DNA of 64,000 nucleotides from a virus (lineage: Duplodnaviria > Caudoviricetes): the IMG/VR virus record IMGVR_UViG_3300017909_002389, positions 1,238 to 65,237 of that record. One strand, written 5' to 3'. The notes beneath the pieces are model-generated. The model saw nothing but the letters and a program-made list of their open reading frames with translations. It searched no databases and had not been told where the DNA came from. The position numbers were made by a program, and so were the translations under genes. Shown piece after piece: positions 56,803-64,000 of this stretch; positions within the stretch are counted from its first letter, which is position 1, and each line of letters begins with the position of its first letter.

Positions 56803-57477
56803 ATGGCACAATTAGTGTTCCTGGTTGGTAAATCAGGTATGGGTAAATCTACCTCATTGCGTAAGCTAAATCCCGAAGAAACTGTAATAATTAACACCGA
56901 TCAAAAGGCGTTACCTTTTAAACAGTTTAGCAAAAATTATAATGAGGAAAAGCGTAATTATCGCAAAACGTCTGACATTAGTATAGTACTAGCTACTTTG
57001 AAAAAAGTAAATGAACTAAAAAATGTTAAGACTGTAGTTATCGACACTTGGTCTCGTATTATGACTGATACAGTTATGAGTCAAAAATTTAGATCCGAGA
57101 AAGGTTTCGATAAATGGTCAAAAATGGCTGCTAGCCAATATGACCTAATCAATTTTATTAACGACTCTATGCGTGATGATATCATAGTATATCTTATGGC
57201 GCATCCTGAAACACATTATGATGAATCAGGTTTTGCATCTGAGCGTATTGGAGTTCAAGGTAAAATGTTAGAAAGATTTGTTCCTGAGTCTTTTAGTACT
57301 ATAGTTTTATACACAGAGATTATTAAATCTCCTGGTAAGCCTAACAGGCATATATTTAGAACTATATCATCAGGTTCCGACACTTGTAAAACACCTCTCG
57401 AAATGTTTGAAAACGATGAGATTGACAACGATCTCACTGTCGTTAACAATGCAATAAGAGAGTATTATTCAATTTAA
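56803..57477 (+). CDS. AAA_24 / Sak4-like ATPase (recombination)
   Basis: GKSGMGKSTS Walker A, VVIDT Walker B, HPE...K motif. Confidence 0.75.
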   Translation: MAQLVFLVGKSGMGKSTSLRKLNPEETVIINTDQKALPFKQFSKNYNEEKRNYRKTSDISIVLATLKKVNELKNVKTVVIDTWSRIMTDTVMSQKFRSEKGFDKWSKMAASQYDLINFINDSMRDDIIVYLMAHPETHYDESGFASERIGVQGKMLERFVPESFSTIVLYTEIIKSPGKPNRHIFRTISSGSDTCKTPLEMFENDEIDNDLTVVNNAIREYYSI

Positions 57478-57500
57478 TTTTTAATTTATAAACAACAGAA

Positions 57501-58031
57501 ATGAAAGATTTCGTATGGGATGCTGTTCCCTCACAAAGACAGCGAAAAGTAGAAAAGTATGATTATCCTGTAATGACTATGGCAGCATTGTCAAAGCCTG
57601 GTGCAGGTAGAAAATTTAGTTTTAACAAAGCTGCTCAAGAGTTATTAGGTATTAAAGGAGAAGATAGACTTTCTTTCGGTTTTAATACTGAAGCAAAAAT
57701 AGTTGCAGTTCGTAAAGCAGACGGAGATGCAGGCTTAAGATTAACTAAAACTTGTACTATTAGTGACAAAAGAACCTTTGAATTTATTTCTAAAACATTA
57801 GAATTATCTAATGATGTAGAAAATGAATTTAAAGTAGTCGACAGTGAAGGTTATTTCAAATTAGAATTATTAGATTCTAATACAGAAACAACTGAAACAG
57901 TTGAAGAAACTGAATCAGCAACTGAATCAGCAACAGAATATTATAATTCTGAAGAAACAATAGCTGCTGATAAAATAGAAGAAGAGTTAGCAGTAACTCC
58001 TTCTGAAGATGTAACTAATGAAACTTGGTAA
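57501..58031 (+). CDS. hypothetical protein with acidic C-terminus
   Basis: 176 aa ORF. Confidence 0.6.
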   Translation: MKDFVWDAVPSQRQRKVEKYDYPVMTMAALSKPGAGRKFSFNKAAQELLGIKGEDRLSFGFNTEAKIVAVRKADGDAGLRLTKTCTISDKRTFEFISKTLELSNDVENEFKVVDSEGYFKLELLDSNTETTETVEETESATESATEYYNSEETIAADKIEEELAVTPSEDVTNETW

Positions 58032-58050
58032 TAATTTTTAAAAATAATTT

Positions 58051-58650
58051 ATGTACGATTTAAATGACAGCGGTTTTGATGCCGCAGGTGGAAGTACCGT
58101 AATATTTAACGGTGGTGTAGCAGGCTTAGTAAACGATGTTAAAATGTCTGTTTACAAAAAGAAACCAGATGATAAGGAAAACGCTCCTGATTATAAAATC
58201 ACTTTTACAGATGATAATGGTGGCGAGTGTTCTACTTCTTTTTGGTATATTACTAAAGATACACAGTATAATACTAAAGAAGAGCAAGTAAAAAAGCAAG
58301 GTAAATCTATGAAGCACATTATACATGCTATATATGGTGCTGACCATCATATTAATATACCTAAAGCTGAAAATGAAAAACAATTTCTTGATCAAGCTAT
58401 GAAGTATATTAAAGATGGATTAGCTAACGCTGGTAAGTTTAGAATTTTCGCTACCTATGGTACTGTGAATGCTCCTAAACAATATATTCAGCCTCGTAGC
58501 TGGGTTCCATTTGTAGAGTCTATGAGTGTTGACGTAAGTCAAACACGTTTAAAACTAGCCGTTACCATCGATGCTATGGAAAGAATAGTGAAAGATGAAG
58601 TAGAAGTTACTGCTAAAGCAGATGAGCTTCTAGAAGGTGACGACTGGTAA
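58051..58650 (+). CDS. putative ssDNA-binding protein
   Basis: Beta-rich, acidic tail ending EGDDW, next to the Sak4-like ATPase, followed by a terminator. Confidence 0.5.
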   Translation: MYDLNDSGFDAAGGSTVIFNGGVAGLVNDVKMSVYKKKPDDKENAPDYKITFTDDNGGECSTSFWYITKDTQYNTKEEQVKKQGKSMKHIIHAIYGADHHINIPKAENEKQFLDQAMKYIKDGLANAGKFRIFATYGTVNAPKQYIQPRSWVPFVESMSVDVSQTRLKLAVTIDAMERIVKDEVEVTAKADELLEGDDW

Positions 58651-58670
58651 ACTATCTAAATTATAAAAAC

Positions 58671-58699
58671 AGAGAGGGTGTAAAAGCCCTCTCTTTTTT
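58671..58699 (+). terminator. intrinsic terminator
   Basis: AGAGAGGG-TGTAAAAG-CCCTCTCT followed by a T-run. Confidence 0.85.
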
Positions 58700-58702
58700 A
58701 TT

Positions 58703-59707
58703 ATGGAAAACATAGATTTAAATTCAATAATATTTAATGATCTTATTACAAGAGATGATATCTTAAAACATGTTACGCAAGAACAGATATATAGTTTTTA
58801 TATGGGAGAAAGGATAGATAGACTTGGTGTCTACCATTCACCTCTTCGTGAAGACAATATTCCTTCTTTTGCGTTGTTTTTTCATCAAGCAAATAAAGAT
58901 ATACTAATGTTTAAAGATTTTGCTACAAGTGATTGTGGTGATTTTATCATGTTAGTTAGAAAATTATTTAGTTTAAGTTATTATGAAGCGCTAGAAAAAG
59001 TAGCATACGATATGGGGTTATCTAACTTCAATGTTAATGCTACAAAACAGAATATAGAATATACAAGGATAACACGTAAAGAATCTGTAGAATTAGGAAT
59101 AAAGAAAAGACCGTGGTTAGCAATAGATAAAAAATATTGGCAATCATTCGGTATCAAAAAAGCTACGTTAGAAAAATTTAATGTGTTTCCTATTAGCCAT
59201 GTATTTTATAATGACAATGCTGTTAAAACTGCTAGTCATGCTTATGCATATATCGAGCACAAAGACGGTAAAGTTACTTATAAGATATATCAACCATTTG
59301 AAAATAAACTTAAGAAATGGATTAACAATGCTAATTATTCTGTGCACCAAGGTTATAGGCAACTGCCTAAATCAGGTGAGCTGTTAGTAATTACCAAGTC
59401 TTTAAAAGATGTCATGAGTCTTCATGATGTAGTAGGTGTTCCTGCTATAGGTTTACAATCAGAATCTGTTATGATGAAAGATTCTGTAATGGACGAATAT
59501 AAATCTAGATTTAAAAAAGTTGTATGTCTCTTTGACAACGACGACGCAGGTATGAAACTCGCTAAAGAGTTTTCTAAAAGATATGATGTACCTAGTTTCA
59601 TTGTATTGCCTTTAGGTGGATCTAAAGATTTTAGTGATTTAGTAAAAAATACTACTAAAGAATTTAGTGTAGAACATTTTAATAAAAGATTAGAAAAAAA
59701 ATTATGA
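58703..59707 (+). CDS. dnaG: DNA primase (TOPRIM)
   Basis: SPLRED..PSF N-terminal region; ITKSLKD and CLFDNDDAG TOPRIM motifs. Confidence 0.85.
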   Translation: MENIDLNSIIFNDLITRDDILKHVTQEQIYSFYMGERIDRLGVYHSPLREDNIPSFALFFHQANKDILMFKDFATSDCGDFIMLVRKLFSLSYYEALEKVAYDMGLSNFNVNATKQNIEYTRITRKESVELGIKKRPWLAIDKKYWQSFGIKKATLEKFNVFPISHVFYNDNAVKTASHAYAYIEHKDGKVTYKIYQPFENKLKKWINNANYSVHQGYRQLPKSGELLVITKSLKDVMSLHDVVGVPAIGLQSESVMMKDSVMDEYKSRFKKVVCLFDNDDAGMKLAKEFSKRYDVPSFIVLPLGGSKDFSDLVKNTTKEFSVEHFNKRLEKKL

Positions 59708-60948
59708 CAAAACATGAATCTCTAAGTAAAATTAGCAAGAAGCTAATGTTAGAAGAACCGTTTTACGGTTTCTATTTATTATCATTAAATAAAATATGGG
59801 ATGTGCGAGTAGGCACAGCTGGTGTTTGTAAAAATGGAATCAACTATCAATTAATGATAAGTGAGCCTTTTTGGGATACTCTAAACGAAGATCATAAAAC
59901 AGGTTTACTTAAACATGAATTATTACATATTGCTTTTGGTCATCTATTGACGTTTACTAAGTTCTCTAATAAAGAGCTTGCAAACATTGCAATGGATATG
60001 GAAATTAATCAATATATAGATGAACATCGATTGCCTGAAGGAGGTATAAATATTAATGATTACAGTGATCTTAATTTAAGAAGAAAAGCTGGTACTCAAT
60101 ATTATTACGAAGAGTTAGAAAAAGCTCAAAAGAAAAAGAAAGAACAAGGTAGTAGTGGAGATAATAATATGGATAAACTCCTAGATGGTCTAGACCAAAG
60201 TCAAGAAGTTGTATTAATTGGACAAGCAAATTCTGATGACGGAGAAGGAGGATTAGGTTCAGAAAGAGAAGTTAAAATTCCTAAACACGATTGGAAGGAA
60301 TTTGAAGACTTGCCTGAAACAGAAAAGCAATTGATAGATAAGCAGCTCCAACGTGTGTTGGAACAATGTAAAAAACAAACTGAAAAGAAACAAGGACATA
60401 TTCCTGGTGAAATGAAAGGTTTGATTAAGATTGAAGAAATAATTCCTCCTAAATTTAATTGGAAAAATTATCTCCGACGATTTACTGGCATTAGCACTAA
60501 AATATTTACTAAGAAAATTCGTAGAAAAGAAAACGTTAAGTTTCCTGATATGCCTGGTATGAAAGTTAAAATGAAACAAAAACTTTTATTAGCTATAGAC
60601 ACATCTGGATCTGTACGTGATCATGAAGTAAAAGAGTTTATGAATGAAATGCACCATATATATAAAACAGGTGTAGATATAACTCTTGTACAATGTGATA
60701 CTTATATACGAGATGTTAGTGAATATACTGGTACTTATGAACTAAAGATACATGGACGCGGTGGTACTGACTTTACACCTGTGATAGAATATTTTAATGA
60801 GAATACTAGTTATACTAGTCTTATATATTTTACAGACGGTGAAGCATATACACATGTAAATCCTAGAGCTAGAGTTTTATGGGTTCACTCGGAAGAATCA
60901 GAAATTAATGAAGACCTACCTGGTCTTAAGATAAAATTAGAATTATAA
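59704..60948 (+). CDS. HEXXH metallopeptidase-VWA protein (DUF2201-like)
   Basis: LKHELLHIAFGH; AIDTSGS MIDAS motif; GRGGTDF; FTDGE. Confidence 0.85.
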   Translation: MTKHESLSKISKKLMLEEPFYGFYLLSLNKIWDVRVGTAGVCKNGINYQLMISEPFWDTLNEDHKTGLLKHELLHIAFGHLLTFTKFSNKELANIAMDMEINQYIDEHRLPEGGININDYSDLNLRRKAGTQYYYEELEKAQKKKKEQGSSGDNNMDKLLDGLDQSQEVVLIGQANSDDGEGGLGSEREVKIPKHDWKEFEDLPETEKQLIDKQLQRVLEQCKKQTEKKQGHIPGEMKGLIKIEEIIPPKFNWKNYLRRFTGISTKIFTKKIRRKENVKFPDMPGMKVKMKQKLLLAIDTSGSVRDHEVKEFMNEMHHIYKTGVDITLVQCDTYIRDVSEYTGTYELKIHGRGGTDFTPVIEYFNENTSYTSLIYFTDGEAYTHVNPRARVLWVHSEESEINEDLPGLKIKLEL

Positions 60949-60960
60949 AATTAAATACTA

Positions 60961-62130
60961 ATGAATCAATTACAATTAAACGTAGATGAATTAAAAGGAT
61001 TCATCAAACATATGGTGAGCAATAACCAACATATACAGGAAGATGGTAAAGTTCCTGTTGCTGTAAATATTGAAGGTGAAGCGGGTCTTGGTAAAACTTC
61101 TGCTATTATGCAGTTAGGCAGTGAGCTTGACATGCAAGTAGTAAAGTTAAACTTAGCACAGCTAGAAGAGTTGGGTGATCTAGTAGGTTTTCCTGTCAAA
61201 GAATTCCAAGTTAAAAATAACGAAGGTAAGTCTTTATGGATTACTGAGCAAGAGATTGATACTGCTAACAAGAAAGGTTATAAAGTTGTAGACAAGAGAA
61301 TGTCTCATGCTGCACCTGAATGGATTCAGGGTCGTGGTGAAGGCGGTTTCTTAGTTCTAGATGACTATACTCGTGCTGATCACAGATTTATGCAAGCTTG
61401 TATGGAATTAATAGATAAACAAGAATATGTTAGCTGGCGACTTCCTAGAAATTGGCATGTTATCTTAACTACTAATCCTGACAATGGTGATTATAATGTT
61501 ACTAGTCTAGATAATGCGCAGAAAACTCGTTTCATATCTGTTGAGACTAAGTTTGATGCTAATGTATGGGCACGGTGGGCAGAGAATATGAGAATAGATG
61601 GTCGTTGTATTAATTTCTTATTAATGCATCCTGAAGTAATAACTCAAGAAATTAATCCTAGGTCTATTACTACATTCTTTAACTCTATTAGTTCTATTAA
61701 AGACTTTAGTAATCAATTGCCTCTTATACAAATGGTAGGCGAAGGTTCTATTGGATCGGAAGCAGCAAGTTTATTTGTTATGTTTATTAATAATCAACTA
61801 GATAAAATTCTTACTCCTCAAGAATTACTTCAAAAAGACGAAAAAGAATTATTAGAAGCTCTTGATGATTGTGTCGGAGTTAATGATACATATCGTGCTG
61901 ATATAGCAAGTGTCTTGGCTACTAGATTAATTAATTATTGTTTGCGTATTGCTTCTGAAGGAAGTGTTCCTGAAGCGACAATTAATAGATTAATTAAGTT
62001 TACTACTAAGTTTAACACTTTTACTGAAGATTTAAAATACTATATAGTAAAAGAATTGTTAGGTGGTAATAAAGTTAAGTTTTCTAAGATGATGCTAGAT
62101 CAAAATGTTTTACAAATGAGTACTAAATAA
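60961..62130 (+). CDS. MoxR-like AAA+ ATPase
   Basis: GEAGLGKT, LDDYTRA, TTNP, LDNAQKTRF, NPRS. Confidence 0.85.
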   Translation: MNQLQLNVDELKGFIKHMVSNNQHIQEDGKVPVAVNIEGEAGLGKTSAIMQLGSELDMQVVKLNLAQLEELGDLVGFPVKEFQVKNNEGKSLWITEQEIDTANKKGYKVVDKRMSHAAPEWIQGRGEGGFLVLDDYTRADHRFMQACMELIDKQEYVSWRLPRNWHVILTTNPDNGDYNVTSLDNAQKTRFISVETKFDANVWARWAENMRIDGRCINFLLMHPEVITQEINPRSITTFFNSISSIKDFSNQLPLIQMVGEGSIGSEAASLFVMFINNQLDKILTPQELLQKDEKELLEALDDCVGVNDTYRADIASVLATRLINYCLRIASEGSVPEATINRLIKFTTKFNTFTEDLKYYIVKELLGGNKVKFSKMMLDQNVLQMSTK

Positions 62131-62136
62131 TAAAAT

Positions 62137-63360
62137 ATGGCAAAAAAAATAAACTTAGAACTAACAATTGATGTAGAAACATCATGGATACCAGGAAAAG
62201 GTCCATCACTTAATAAATGTTCGATTCGATATGATTATGATAAAGGAGCAAATCCTTTTGTTAAATATACATATGTTTATAATGATGATGAATATGATAA
62301 AATAGTAGAAACTATTAATAGTAATAGATATACTTTAGGTGTTGGTCATAAATTTTATATAGATAGAAAAGCTAACGTTCCTAGAGTAAAACTTCAAGAT
62401 ATTTTATTTGACAATTTAATAGACGTTACGAATAATGTTACTGAAGCTAGTCATTTATTTATTCAAGATCCTATAAATCATATGATATTCGATGAAAAAT
62501 TTAATCAAGTATCTAAAGAACAAATAATACAGTTTTTAAATCTTTGTGTAAATGAAGAACATCTTTATGTTAATGATGATGATGTAGAATTTATATCAAA
62601 TGAATTAAAACCTTATCAAGATGATGATATAGTTTTTGTATCTGAAAACTTAAGTTCATTTATAAATCAAAGATCTGGTGAATTTTATAAAGGAGTTCCT
62701 CTTTGTAAAAATATAGTTCAACGACGGGAAGAAAGACGAAAAGCTGTTGATGAAGATTATGTTGAAAAGTTTCTACATATTGAAAATAATCTTAATAAAA
62801 CATATCATTATAGAGAGTTACTTCCTCATATGAATGGAGAAAAAACTATTACTATAGATGAAAAAGTTTTTGATCAACTTAGTAATATGTTTGAAAGTGA
62901 AGATAGTGACAATCATGTATTGGCTATGGAAATTATGGCTAACTGTAATTATCAAAAGTCTATAATGTATCTTTTAATTTTACTTCGAGAGCATAATTAT
63001 AATATAGGAAAATTACGTAGTAGAACTCATGTTAATTTTAAATCTCTTCTAGGATATTTAGGAATGAAACATGACCATTTGTATGTACATGCTTATGAAA
63101 TGATTGATATTATATTAGAAAGAAATCTATTAACTCTAGAAAACTTACAATATCTTTTTGATAGATATCAAGATGATCTTATTACTATTTATGGTGATCA
63201 TTTTAGAATACATCAAATTACATTAAGTCCTGAGTTAGCTGAGAAACTAAATGTAGATTATGTTAAAGAGATTACTCCTAGATATAAAGTTAAAGAAGTA
63301 GAAGAAAAAGAAGAAGAAGAAGTTAAACCTGAAGTATCTAACGAAATAAGTTGGGTATAA
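62137..63360 (+). CDS. hypothetical protein linked to the VWA/MoxR pair
   Basis: 407 aa; possible BRCT-like segment VPRVKLQ...EASHLFI. Confidence 0.55.
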   Translation: MAKKINLELTIDVETSWIPGKGPSLNKCSIRYDYDKGANPFVKYTYVYNDDEYDKIVETINSNRYTLGVGHKFYIDRKANVPRVKLQDILFDNLIDVTNNVTEASHLFIQDPINHMIFDEKFNQVSKEQIIQFLNLCVNEEHLYVNDDDVEFISNELKPYQDDDIVFVSENLSSFINQRSGEFYKGVPLCKNIVQRREERRKAVDEDYVEKFLHIENNLNKTYHYRELLPHMNGEKTITIDEKVFDQLSNMFESEDSDNHVLAMEIMANCNYQKSIMYLLILLREHNYNIGKLRSRTHVNFKSLLGYLGMKHDHLYVHAYEMIDIILERNLLTLENLQYLFDRYQDDLITIYGDHFRIHQITLSPELAEKLNVDYVKEITPRYKVKEVEEKEEEEVKPEVSNEISWV

Positions 63361-63376
63361 TAAAAAACAAATCGCT

Positions 63377-63874
63377 ATGGTAAGTGAGATTAAATTAGAA
63401 TTTCCTGAATTCATAACTCATATACCTGTTAATAAGAAAAACTGGGTCAAGATTGGCTATAATAAGATTCATGCATCTGTGCACTATACAACTAGGGCAG
63501 CTCTTGTAGCTGCCATGCACGGATATATTGAAAAACATATACCAGACAATCTAAGTATTGACACACCCGTAGAAACAAAACTAACAGTATATGCACCTAT
63601 AAATTATGGAGTTATGAAAATGATAAAAGATAAAGAAACAGGAAGAAGAAAGACGAGTTGGAAACCAGCAGCCGATGATTACAAACCTAATTGGGATATA
63701 GGCAACCTAGCTCTTATATGGATTAAATGTCTAGATGATGTGTTAATAAAGAAAGGTATATTACCTGATGACACTGTAGAATTCTTAAGACGTACTCAAT
63801 ATGAGTTTGTGCCTATTAGCAATTTAAAGAACAGAAAATTAGTTTATAAAATTAAATCAATTAAAAGAAGATGA
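63377..63874 (+). CDS. rusA: RusA-like Holliday junction resolvase
   Basis: DIGNL...K...D.L...GILPDD pattern. Confidence 0.7.
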   Translation: MVSEIKLEFPEFITHIPVNKKNWVKIGYNKIHASVHYTTRAALVAAMHGYIEKHIPDNLSIDTPVETKLTVYAPINYGVMKMIKDKETGRRKTSWKPAADDYKPNWDIGNLALIWIKCLDDVLIKKGILPDDTVEFLRRTQYEFVPISNLKNRKLVYKIKSIKRR

Positions 63875-64000
63875 TCGATTACCAAACAATTAGTGCTCTT
63901 AATCAAAGCACTCTAAAAAAGATTTTGATTAGTCCACAAGAATATATTAAAGCTAAAGAAAGACAGCTAGCAAAAGATGAATCTACTGAGCAGCATTTTG
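63871..64000 (+). CDS. 5' end of a putative PD-(D/E)XK (RecE/ExoVIII-like) exonuclease
   Basis: MIDYQTISALNQSTLKKILISPQEY; ATGA-coupled to rusA; truncated by the window edge. Confidence 0.5.
   Translation, partial: MIDYQTISALNQSTLKKILISPQEYIKAKERQLAKDESTEQHF

Noticed and set aside
1-64000. Alternative genetic code (TAG or TGA recoding, known in some crAss-like lineages)
   Set aside because: All large genes are intact in the standard code. Reading through the TAG stops of the major capsid and terminase genes adds only 5-6 codons before a TAA.
1-64000. Integrase, repressor or prophage attachment features
   Set aside because: None recognised; there are no host genes, and the content is consistent with a lytic phage.

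Overview
Part of a large AT-rich (about 30% GC) lytic phage genome with crAss-like (Crassvirales-type) gene order. The host is probably Bacteroidota (Flavobacteriia-like), judged from TAnnTTTG promoter boxes, Shine-Dalgarno-less A-rich leaders and a Q-rule signal peptide. The left 42 kb is on the minus strand: a RepL/HTH/HU-like operon, terminase, portal, scaffold, major capsid, ring, hub and fibre genes, a lysis cassette, the tail stabilization protein and very large cargo/ejection proteins. After a divergent switch at about 42.03-42.34 kb, the plus strand carries an early region rich in hairpins, tRNA-like elements and micro-ORFs. A replication module follows: PolA, SF2 helicase, DnaB, macrodomain-like protein, AAA recombinase, SSB-like protein, primase, VWA-peptidase/MoxR pair, RusA and the start of an exonuclease. 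The most unusual signals are: (1) about 20 xxxGGx[LMI] motifs that delimit modules in the cargo proteins; (2) two tRNA-like elements with intact acceptor and T arms but no proper anticodon arm, inside a dense structured-RNA cluster; (3) a u-spanin packed with Bacteroidota O-glycosylation sequons; (4) a nested GTAC palindrome array at the strand switch. All family assignments come from motif recognition by eye. No database search was run.
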